Shown in pieces: positions 1 through 14,100 of a stretch of 64,000 nucleotides of DNA (the first letter of the stretch is position 1; every line of letters starts with the position of its first letter). The notes under the pieces are model-generated. The model was given only the letters and a program-made list of their open reading frames with translations, had not been told where the DNA came from and did not search any database. Position numbers and translations under genes: made by a program. Source of the DNA: the human T2T-CHM13v2.0 reference genome, Homo sapiens. The stretch lies in the NCBI RefSeq assembly GCF_009914755.1, contig NC_060937.1. One strand, given 5' to 3'.

Positions 1-830
1 ATCAAAGTACTCAATCTACATATTATATACGGTATATAAAATATCAAAGTACACAAACTCTATATTATATACTGTACATAATATGTCAAAGTACCCAGAA
101 TATATAGCATACTGTACATACAATATCAAAGTACCCAGAATGTATATTGTATACTGTACATAAAATATGAAGGTACATCAAAGATATATTATATTCTGTA
201 CATAAAATATCAAAGTACACCAAATATATATTATATGCTGTACATAATATATTAAAGTTGCCCATGTATACATTTTATACTGTACATAAAATATGAAGGT
301 ACATCAAATATATAGTATATGCTGCACATAAAATATCAAAGTACCCAAAGTATGTATTATATACTGTACATAAAATATCAAAGTACCAAAAGTATATATT
401 ACCTACTGTAAATAAAATATGAAGATACCTCAAATATATATTATATTCTGTACATGAAATATCAAAGTACACCAAGTATATACTATATACTCTACATAAA
501 ATATTAAATTACCCAAAATATGTATTGTATTGTGTACATAAAATATGAAAATAACCAAACATTTATAATAAACTGTACATAAAATATCAAAGTACTCAAA
601 CTTTATATTATATACTGTACATAAAGTATCAAAGTACCCAAACTGTGTAGTATATACTGTACATAAAATATCAAGGTACCCAAAATGTATATTGTAAACT
701 GTAGATAAAATATCAAAGTACCCAAAATATATATTATATACTGTACATAAAATATGAAGGCACATCCAATATATATTATATTCTGTACATAAAATATCAA
801 AGTACACCAAATGTATATTATATACTGTAC

Positions 831-1124
831 ATAAAATAAAAAACTACCCCAAATATATATTATATACTCTACATAAAATATCAAAGTACCCAAAATATAT
901 ATTATATACTGTACATAATATATCAAAGTACCCATAGTATGTATTATATCCTGTACATAAAATATGAAAGTACGTCAAATATATATTCTATTCTGCACAT
1001 AAAATATCATATTGCACCAAATATATATTGTATACTGTATATAAAATATGAAGGTACTTCAAATATATATTATATGCTGCACATAAAATATCAAAGTACC
1101 CAAAGTATGCATTATATACTGTAC
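831..1124 (+). repeat. 294-bp (7-monomer) block defining the long HOR variant
   Basis: Diagnostic motifs AAACTACCCC, CCCATAGTATG and TCATATTGCACC. Further copies start at ~4145, 11715, 17502, 22523, 34205 and 38808; none seen after ~39.1 kb. Confidence 0.88.
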
Positions 1125-2963
1125 ATAAAATATCAAAGTACCCAAAGTGTATATTATATATTGTACATAAAATATGAAGGTTCATCAAATATATTTTATA
1201 TTCTGCACATAATATATCAAAGTACAGCAAATATATATTATATACTGTACATAAAATAACAAAGTAACAAAAATATGTATTATATACTGTACATAAAATA
1301 TGAAAGTAACCAAATATTTATAAAAAACTGTATATAAAATATCAAAGTACTCAAACTACATATTATATACAGTATATAAAATATCAAAGTACCCAAACTA
1401 TATATTATATACTGTACATACTATATCAGATTACCCGAATATATAGCATACTGTACATAAAATATCAAATTACCCAAAATATATATTGTATACTGTACAT
1501 AAAATATGAAGGTACATCAAAGATATATTATATTCTGTACATAAAATATCAAAGTACACCAAATATATATTATATGCTGTACAGAATATATTAAAGTCGA
1601 CCAAATGTATATTATATACTGTACATAAAATATGAAGGTACATCAAATATATATTATATGCTGCACATAAAATATCAAAGTACCCAAAGTATGTGTTATA
1701 TACTGTACATAAAATATCAAAGTACCCAAAGTATATATTATATACTGTACATAAAATATAAAATACCCCAAATATATATTATATGCTGTACATAAAATAT
1801 CAAAGTACACAAAATATGTATTATGTACTGTACATAAATTATCAAAGGACCCAAAATATATATTATATAGTGTACATAAAATATCAAAATACCCAAAATA
1901 TATATTATATACTGTACATAAAATACCAAAGTACCCAAAGTATATATTATATACTGTATAAAAAATATCAAAGTAGCCAAAATATGTATTATACACTGTA
2001 CATAATATATGAAAGTACCCAAACATTTATAATAAACTGTACATAAAATATCAATGTACTCAAACTATATATTATGTGCGGTACTTAAGATATCAAAGTA
2101 CCCATACTATATAGTATGTACTGTACTTAAAATATCAAAATACCCAAAATATATATTATATACGTTACATAAACTATCAAATACACAAAGTATGTATTAC
2201 ATACTGTACATAAAATAACAAAGTTCCCAAAATATGTATTATATATATTATAAATATGTACATAAAATATGAAAGTACCCAACCATTTATAATAAACTCT
2301 ACATAAAACACCAAAGTACCCAAACTGTGTATTATATTCTGTCCATAAAATATCAAAGTGCCCAAAATATATATCGTAAACTCTACATAAAATATCAAAG
2401 TAGCCAAAATACATATTGTATACTGTACATAAAATATAAAAGTACCCCAAATATGTATTATATACTGTACATAAAATATCAAAGTACCCATAATACATAT
2501 TATATACTGTACATAAAATATCAGAGGACCCAAAATAAACATTATATACTGTACATAAAATATCCAAATACTCAAAATATATATTACATACTGTACATAA
2601 AATATCAAAGTACCCAAATTATGTATTATATACTGTACGTAAAATATCAGAGTACCCAAAATATGCATTATATACTGTACATAAAATATGAAAGTAACAA
2701 AACATTTATAATAAACTGTACATAAAATATCAAAGTACTCAAACTATATATCATATACTGTACATAAAATATCAAAGTACCCAAACTGTGTATTATTACA
2801 TACTGTATATAAAATATCAAAGTACCTGAAATATATATTGTATACTGTACATAAAATATCAAAGTACCCAAAATATATACTATATACTGTACATAAAATA
2901 TGAAGGTACATCAAATATATATTATATCCTGTACATAAAATATCAAAGTACTCCTATTATATA

Positions 2964-5900
2964 TTGTGTACTGTACATAATATATTAAATCGCCCAAATA
3001 TATATTGTATACTGTATATAAAATATGAAGGTACTTCAAATATATATTATATGCTGCACATAAAATATCAAAGTACCCAAAGTATGCATTACATACTGTA
3101 CATAAAATATCAAAGTACACAAATTATATATTATATTCTGTACATAAAATATGTAGGTTCATCAAATATATTTTATATTCTGTACATAATATATCAAAGT
3201 ACATCAAATATATATTATATACGGTACATAAAATATCAAAGTACCCAAAATATGTACTATTTACTGTACATAACATATGAAAGTAACCAAACATTTATAA
3301 TAAACTGTACATAAAATATCAAAGTACTCAATCTACATATTATATACAGTATATAAAATATCAAAGTACACAAACTGTATATTATATACTGTACATAATA
3401 TATCAAAGTACCCAGAATATATAGCATACTGTACATACAATATCAAAGTACCCAGAATGTATATTGTATACTGTACATAAAATATGAAGGTACATCAAAG
3501 ATTTATATTCTGTACATAAAATATCAAAGTACACCAAATATATATTATATGCTGTACATAATATATTAAAGTTGCCCATGTATACATTTTATACTGTACA
3601 TAAAATATGAAGGTACATCAAATATATAGTATATGCTGCACATAAAATATCAAAGTACCCAAAGTATGTATTATATACTGTACATAAAATATCAAAGTAC
3701 CAAAAGTATATATTACCTACTGTAAATAAAATATGAAGATACCTCAAATATATATTATATTCTGTACATGAAATATCAAAGTACACCAAGTATATACTAT
3801 ATACTCTACATAAAATATTAAATTACCCACAATATGTATTGTATTGTGTACATAAAATATGAAAGTAACCAAACATTTATAATAAACGGTACATAAAATA
3901 TCAAAGTACTCAAACTTTATATTATATACTGTACATAAAGTATCAAAGTACCCAAACTGTGTAGTATATACTGTACATAAAATATCAAGGTACCCAAAAT
4001 GTATATTGTAAACTGTAGATAAAATATCAAAGTACCCAAAATATATATTATATACTGTACATAAAATATGAAGGCACATCCAATATATATTATATTCTGT
4101 ACATAAAATATCAAAGTACACCAAATGTATATTATATACTGTACATAAAATATAAAACTACCCCAAATATATCTTATATACGCTACATAAAATATCAAAG
4201 TACCCAAAATATATATTATATACTGTACATAATATATCAAAGTACCCATAGTATGTATTATATCCTGTACATAAAATATGAAAGTACGTCAAATATATAT
4301 TCTATTCTGCACATAAAATATCATATTGCACCAAATATATATTGTATACTGTATATAAAATATGAAGGTACTTCAAATATATATTATATGCTGCACATAA
4401 AATATCAAAGTACCCAAAGTATGCATTATATACTGTACATAAAATATCAAAGTACCCAAAGTGTATATTATATACTGTACATAAAATATGAAGGTTCATC
4501 AAATATATTTTATATTATGCACATAATATATCAAAGTACAGCAAATATATATTATATACTGTACATAAAATAACAAAGTACCAAAAATATGTATTATATA
4601 CTGTACATAAAATATGAAAGTAACCAAATATTTATAATAAACTGTATATAAAATATCAAAGTACTCAAACTACATATTATATACAGTATATAAAATATCA
4701 AAGTACCCAAACTATATATTACATACTGTACATACTATATCAAAGTACCCGAATATATAGCATACTGTACATAAAATATCAAATTACCCAAAATATATAT
4801 TGTATACTGTACATAAAATATGAAGGTACATCAAAGATATATTATATTCTGTACATAAAATATCAAACTACACCAAATATATATTATATGCTGTACAGAA
4901 TATATTAAAGTCGACCAAATGTATATTATATACTGTACATAAAATATGAAGGTACATCAAATATATATTATATGCTGCACATAAAATATCAAAGTACCCA
5001 AAGTATGTGTTATATACTGTACATAAAATATCAAAGTACCCAAAGTATATATTATATACTGTACATAAAATATAAAATACCCCAAATATATATTATATGC
5101 TGTACATAAAATATCAAAGTACACAAAATATGCATTATGTACTGTACATAAATTATCAAAGGACCCAAAATATATATTATATAATGTACATAAAATATCA
5201 AAATACCCAAAATATATATTATATAACGTACATAAAATACCAAAGTACCCAAAGTATATATTATATACTGTATAAAAAATATCAAAGTAGCCAAAATATG
5301 TATTATACACTGTACATAATATATGAAAGTACCCAAACATTTATAATAAACTGTACATAAAATATCAATGTACTCAAACTATATATTATGTGCGCTACAT
5401 AAGATATCAAAGTACCCATACTATATAGTATGTACTGTACTTAAAATATCAAAATACCCAAAATATATATTATATACGTTACATAAACTATCAAATACAC
5501 AAAGTATGTATTACATACTGTACATAAAATAGCAAAGTTCCCAAAATATGTATTATATACTGGACATAAAATATGAAAGTACCCAACCATTTATAATAAA
5601 CTCTACATAAAATACCAAAGTACCCAAACTGTGTATTATATACTCTCCATAAAATATCAAAGTACCCAAAATATATATTGTCATCTGTACATAAAATATC
5701 AAAGTAGCCAAAATATATATAGTATACCGTACATAAAATATAAAAGTACCCCAAATATGTATTATATACTGTACATAAAATATCAAAGTACCGATAATAC
5801 ATATTATATACTGTACATAAAATATCAGAGGACCCAAAATAAACATTATATACTGTACATAAAATATCCAAATACTCAAAATATATATTACATACTGTAC

Positions 5901-6267
5901 ATAAAATATCAAAGTACCCAAATTATGTATTATATACTGTACGTAAAATATCAGAGTACCCAAAATATGAATTATATACTGTACATAAAATATGAAAGTA
6001 ACAAAACATTTATAATAAACTGTACATAAAATATCAAAGTACTCAAACTATATATCATATACTGTACATAAAATATCAAAGTACCCAAACTGTGTATTAT
6101 TATATACTGTATATAAAATATCAAAGTACCTGAAATATATACTGTATACTGTACATAAAATATCAAAGTACCCAAAATATATACTATATACTGTACATAA
6201 AATATGAAGGTACATCAAATATATATTATATCCTGTACATAAAATATCAAAGTACACCTATTATATA
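2964..6267 (+). repeat. Long HOR unit (~3,304 bp, 79 monomers)
   Basis: Marker spacing 2964 to 6268. The unit contains the 7-monomer block at ~4145-4438 and a 3-bp deletion near 3500. Confidence 0.87.
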
Positions 6268-7180
6268 TTGTGTACTGTACATAATATATTAAATCGCCCA
6301 AATATATATTGTATACTGTATATAAAATATGAAGGTACTTCAAATATATATTATATGCTGCACATAAAATATCAAAGTACCCAAAGTATGCATTACATAC
6401 TGTACATAAAATATCAAAGTACACATATTATATATTATATAATATACATAAAATATGAAGGTTCATCAAATATATATTATATTCTGTACATAATATATCA
6501 AAGTACATCAAATATATATTATTTACTGTACATAAAATATCAAAGTACCAAAAATATGTATTATATACTCTACATAAAATATGAAAGTAACCAAACATTT
6601 ATAATAAACTGTACATAAAATATCAAAGTACTCAGTCTACATATTATATACAGTATATAAAATATCAAAGTACACACACTGTATATTATATACTGTACAT
6701 AATATATCAAAATACCCAGAATATATAGCATACTGTACATAAAATATCAAAGTACCCAAAATATATATTGTATACTGTACATAAAATATGAAGGTACATC
6801 AAAGATATATTATATTCTGTACATAAAATATCAAAGTACACCAAATATATATTATATGCTGTACATAATATATTAAAGTTGCCCAAATATACATTCTATA
6901 CTGTACATAAAATATGAACGTACATCAAATATATAGTATATGCTGCACATAAAATATCAAAGTACCCAAAGTATGTATTATACACTGTACATAAAATATC
7001 AAAGTACCAAAAGTATATATTACATACTGTAAATAAAATATGAAGGTACCTCAAATATATATTATATTCTGTACATAAAATATCAAAGTACACCAAGTAT
7101 ATACTATATACTCTGCATAAAATATTAAATTACCCAAAATATGTATTGTATTGTGTACATAAAATATGAAAGTAACCAAA

Positions 7181-8102
7181 CATTTATAATAAACTGTACG
7201 TAAAATTTCAAAGTACTCAAACTGTATATTATATACTGTACATAAAGTATCAAAGTACCCAAACTGTGTAGTATATACTGTACATAAAATATCAAGGTAC
7301 CCAAAATATATATTGTAAACTGTAGATAAAATATCAAAATACCCAAAATATATATTATATACTGTACATAAAATATGAAGTCACATCCAATATATATTAT
7401 ATTCTGAACATAAAATATCAAAGTACACCAAATGTATATTATATACTGTACATAAAATATCAAAGTACCCAAAGTGTATATTATATACTGTACATAAAAT
7501 ATGAAGGTTCATCAAATATATTTTATATTCTGCACATAATATATCAAAGTACAGCAAATATATATTATATACTGTACATAAAATATCAAAGTACCCAAAA
7601 TATGTATTATATACTGTACATAAAATATGAAAGTAACCAAACATTTATAATAAACTGTACATAAAATATCAAAGTACTCAAACTGTATATTATATACTCT
7701 ACATAAAGTATCAAAGTACCCAAACTGTGTAGTATATACTGTACATAAAATATCAAGGTACCCAAAATATATATTGTAAACTGTAGATAAAATATCAAAG
7801 TACCCAAAATATATATTATATACTGTACATGAAATATGAAGGCCCCTCCAATATATATTATACTCTGTACATAAAATATCAAAGTACACCAAAAGTATAT
7901 TATATACTGTACATAAAATATCAAAGTACCCAAAGTGTATATTATATACTGTACATAAACTATGAAGGTTCATCAAATATATTTTATATTCTGCACATAA
8001 TATATCAAAGTACAGCAAATATATATTATATACTGTACATAAAATATCAAAGTACCCAAATTATGTATTATATACTGTACATAAAATATGAAAGTAAGCA
8101 AA
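7181..8102 (+). repeat. Tandem duplication of the 461-bp (11-monomer) HOR subunit
   Basis: CATTTATAATAAA markers at 7181, 7642 and 8103 (461 + 461). The motifs TGTGTAGTAT, TGTAGATAAA and GTACAGCAAA each occur twice. Unit length is 3474 = 3013 + 461. Confidence 0.88.
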
Positions 8103-11100
8103 CATTTATAATAAACTGTACATAAAGTATCAAAGTACTCAAACTACATATTATATACAGTATATAAAATATCAAAGTACCCAAACTGTATATTATATAA
8201 TGTACATAATATATCAAAGTACCCGAATATATAGCATACTCTACATAAAATATCAAAGTACCCAAAGTTTGTATTATACACTGCACATAAAATATGGAGG
8301 TACATCAAAGATATATTATATTCTGTACATAAAATATCAAAGTACACCAAATATATGTTATATGCTGTACATAATATATTAAAGTCGACCAAATATATAT
8401 TATATACTGTACATAAAATATGAAGGTACATCAAATATATATTATATGCTGCACATAAAATATCAAAGTACCCAAAGTATGTGTTATATACTGTACATAA
8501 AATATCAAAGTACCCAAAGTATATATTATATACTGTACATAAAATATAAAATACCCCAAATATATATTATATGCTGTACATAAAATATCAAAGTACACAA
8601 AATATGTATTATATACTGTACATAAAATACCAAAGGACCCAAAATATATATTATATACTGTACATAAAATATCAAAATACCCAAAATATATATTATATAC
8701 TGTACATAAAATACCAAAGTACCCAAAGTATATATTATATACCGTACAAAAAATATCAAAGTAGCCAAAATATGTATTATACACTGTACATAATATATGA
8801 AAGTACCCAAACATTTATAATAAACTGTACATAAAATATCAATGTACTCAAACTATATATTATGTGCGGTACATAAGATATCAAAGTACCCATACTATAT
8901 AGTATATACTGTACTTAAAATATCAAAATACCCAAAATATATATTATATACGTTACATAAACTATCAAATACACAAAGTATGTATTATATACTGTACATA
9001 AAATAGCAAAGTTCCCAAAATATGTATTATATACTGTACATAAAATATGAAAGTACCCAACCATTTATAATAAAGTCTACATAAAATACCAAAGTACCCA
9101 AACTGTGTATTATATACTGTCCATAAAATATCAAAGGACCCAAAATATATATTGTAAACTCTACATAAAATATCAAAGTAGCCAAAATACATATTGTATA
9201 CTGTACATAAAATATAAAAGTACCCCAAATATATATTATATACTGTACATAAAATATCAAAGTACCCATAATACATATTATACACTGTACATAAAATATC
9301 AACGGACCCAAAATAAACATTATATACTGTACATAAAATATCCAAATACTCAAAATATATATTACATACTGTACATAAAATATCAAAGTACCCAAATTAT
9401 GTATTATACACTGTACGTAAAATATCAGAGTACCCAAAATATGCATTATATACTGTACATAAAATATGAAAGTAACAAAACATTTATAATAAACTGTACA
9501 TAAAATATCAAAGTACTCAAACTATATATCATATACTCTACATAAAATATCAAAGTACCCAAACTGTGTATTATTATATACTGTATATAAAATATCAAAG
9601 TACCTGAAATATATACTGTATACTGTACATAAAATATCAAAGTACCCAAAATATATACTATATACTGTACATAAAATATGAAGGTACATCAAATATATAT
9701 TATATCCTGTACATAAAATATCAAAGTACACCTATTATATATTGTGTACTGTACATAATATATTAAATCGCCCAAATATATATTGTATACTGTATATAAA
9801 ATATGAAGGTACTTCAAATATATATTATATGCTGCACATAAAATATCAAAGTACCCAAAGTATGCATTACATACTGTACATAAAATATCAAAGTACACAT
9901 ATTATCTATTATATAATGTACATAAAATATGAAGGTTCATCAAATATATATTATATTCTGTACATAATATATCAAAGTACATCAAATATATATTATATAC
10001 TGTACATAAAATATCAAAGTACCAAAAATATGTATTATATACTGTACATAAAACATGAAAGTAACCAAACATTTATAATAAACTGTACATAAAATATCAA
10101 AGTACTCAATCTACATATTATATACAGTATATAAAATATCAAAGTACACAAACTGTATATTATATACGGTACATAATATATCAAAGTACCCAGAATATAT
10201 AGCATACTGTAAATAAAATATCAAAGTACCCAAAATATATATTGTATACTGTACATAAAATATGAAGGTACATCAAAGATATATTATATTCTGTACATAA
10301 AATATCAAACTACACCAAATATATATTATATGCTGTACATAATATATTAAAGTTGCCCATATATACATTATATACTGTACATAAAATATGAACGTACATC
10401 AAATATATAGTATATGCTGCACATAAAATATCAAAGTACCCAAAATATATACTATATACTGTACATAAAATATGAAGGTACATCAAATATATATTATATC
10501 CTGTACATAAAATATCAAAGTACACCTATTATATATTGTGTACTGCACATAATATATTAAATCGCCCAAATATATATTGTATACTGTATATAAAATATGA
10601 AGGTACTTCAAATATATATTATATGCTGCACATAAAATATCAAAGTACCCAAAGTAGGCATTACATACTGTACATAAAATATCAAATTACAAAAATTATA
10701 TATTATATTCTGTACATAAAATATGTAGGTTCTTCAAATATATTTTATATTCTGTACATAATATATCAAAGTACATCAAATATATATTATATACGGTACA
10801 TAAAATATCAAAGTACCCAAAATATGTATTAATTACTGTGCATAAAATATGAAAGTAACCAAACATTTATAATAAACTGTACATAAAATATCAAAGTACT
10901 CAATCTACATATTATATACAGTATATAAAATATCAAAGTACACAAACTGTATATTATATACTGTACATAATATATCAAAGTACCCAGAATATATAGCATA
11001 CTGTACATACAATATCAAAGTACCCAGAATGTATATTGTATTCTGTACATAAAATATGAATGTACATCAAAGATATATTCTGTACATAAAATATCAAAGT

Positions 11101-14100
11101 ACACCAAATATATATTATATGCTGTACATAATATATTAAAGTTGCCCATGCATACATTTTATACTGTACATAAAATATGAAGGTACATCAAATATATAGT
11201 ATATGCTGCACATAAAATATCAAAGTACCCAAAGTATGTATTATATACTGTACATAAAATATCAAAGTACCAAAAGTATATATTACCTACTGTAAATACA
11301 ATATGAAGATACCTCAAATATATATTATATTCTGTACATGAAATATCAAAGTACACCAAGTATATACTATATACTCTACATAAAATATTAAATTACCCAA
11401 AATATGTATTGTATTGTGTACATAAAATATGAAAGTAACCAAACATTTATAATAAACTGTACATAAAATATCAAAGTACTCAAACTTTATATTATATACT
11501 GTACATAAAGTATCAAAGTACCCAAACTGTGTAGTATATACTGTACATAAAATATCAAGGTACCCAAAATGTATATTGTAAACTGTAGATAAAATATCAA
11601 AGTACCCAAAATATATATTATATACTGTACATAAAATATGAAGGCTCATCCAATATATATTATATTCTGTACATAAAATATCAAAGTACACCAAATGTAT
11701 ATTATATACTGTACATAAAATATAAAACTACGCCAAATATATCTTATATACTCTACATAAAATATCAAAGTACCCAAAATATATATTATATACTGTACAT
11801 AAAATATCAAAGTACCCATAGTATGTATTATATCCTGTACATAAAATATGAAGGTACATCAAATATATATTCTATTCTGCACATAAAATATCATATTGCA
11901 CCAAATATATATTGTATACTGTATATAAAATATGAAGGTACTTCAAATATATATTATATGCTGCACATAAAATATCAAAGTACCCAAAGTATGCATTATA
12001 TACTGTACATAAAATATCAAAGTACCCAAAGTGTATATTATATACTGTACATAAAATATGAAGGTTCATCAAATATATTTTATATTCTGCACATAATATA
12101 TCAAAGTACAGCAAATATATATTATATACTGTACATAAAATATCAAAGTACCCAAAATATGTATTATATACTGTACATAAAATATGAAAGTAACCAAACA
12201 TTTATAATAAACTGTACATAAAATATCAAAGTACTCAAACTACATATTATATACAGTATATAAAATGTCAAAGTACCCAAACTGTATATTATATACTGTA
12301 CATAATATATCAAAGTACCCAAATATATAGCATACTGTACATAAAATATCAAAGTACCCAAAGTGTGTATTATACACTGCACATAAAATATGAAGGTACA
12401 TCAAAGATATATTATATTCTGTACATAAAATATCAAAGTACACCAAATATATATTATATGCTGTACAGAATATATTAAAGTCGACCAAATATATATTATA
12501 TACTGTACATAAAATATGAAGGTACATCAAATATATATTATATGCTGCACATAAAATATCAAAGTACCCAAAGTATGTATTATATACTGTACATAAAATA
12601 TCAAAGTACCCAAAGTATATATTATATACTGTACATAAAATATAAAATACCCCAAATATATATTATATCCTGTACATAAAATATCAAAGTACCCAAAATA
12701 TATATTGTAAACTGTACATAAAATATCAAAGTAGCCAAAATATATATTGTATACTGTCCATAAAATATAAAAGTACCCCAAATATGTATTATATACTGTA
12801 CATAAAATATCAAAGTACCGATAATACATATTATATACTGTACATAAAATATCAAAGGACCCAAAATAAACATTATATACTGTACATAAAATATCCAAAT
12901 ACTCAAAATATATATTACATACTGTACATAAAATATCAAAGTACCCAAATTATGTATTATATACTGTACGTAAAATATCAGAGTACCCAAAATATGCATT
13001 ATATACTGTACATAAAATATGAAAGTAACAAAACATTTATAATAAACTGTACATAAAATATCAAAGTACTCAAACTATATATCATATACTGTACATAAAA
13101 TATCAAAGTACCCAAACTGTGTATTATTATATACTGTATATAAAATATCAAAGTACCTGAAATATATATTGTATACTATACATAAAATATCAAAGTACCC
13201 AAAATATATACTATATACTGTACATAAAATATGAAGGTACATCAAATATATATTATATCCTGTACATAAAATATCAAAGTACACCTATTATATATTGTGT
13301 ACTGCACATAATATATTAAATCGCCCAAATATATATTGTATACTGTATATAAAATATGAAGGTACTTCAAATATATATTATATGCTGCACATAAAATATC
13401 AAAGTACCCAAGGTATGCATTACATACTGTACATAAACTATCAAAGTACACATATTATATATTATATAATATACATAAAATATGAAGGTTCATCAAATAT
13501 ATATTATATTCTGTACATAATATATCAAAGTACATCAAATATATATTATATACTGTACATAAAATATCAAAGTACCAAAAATATGTATTATATACTGTAC
13601 ATAAAACATGAAAGTAACCAAACATTTATAATAAACTGTACATGAAATATCAAAGTACTCAGTCTACATATTATATACAGTATATAAAATATCAAAGTAC
13701 ACACACTGTATATTATATACTGTACATAATATATCAAAATACCCAGAATATATAGCATACTGTACATAAAATATCAAAGTACCCAAAATATATATTGTAT
13801 ACTGTACATAAAATATGAAGGTACATCAAAGATATATTATATTCTGTACATAAAATATCAAACTACACCAAATATATATTATATGCTGTACATAATATAT
13901 TAAAGTTGCCCATATATACATTATATACTGTACATAAAATATGAACGTACATCAAATATATAGTATATGCTGCACATAAAATATCAAAGTACCCAAAGTA
14001 TGTATTATACACTGTACATAAAATATCAAAGTACCAAAAGTATATATTACATACTGTAAATAAAATATGAAGGTACCTCAAATATATATTATATTCTGTA

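Noticed and set aside
1330-1382. TATA-box-like TATATAAAA motifs as promoters
   Set aside because: These are single-base variants of the monomer, expected from base composition, with no other promoter evidence.
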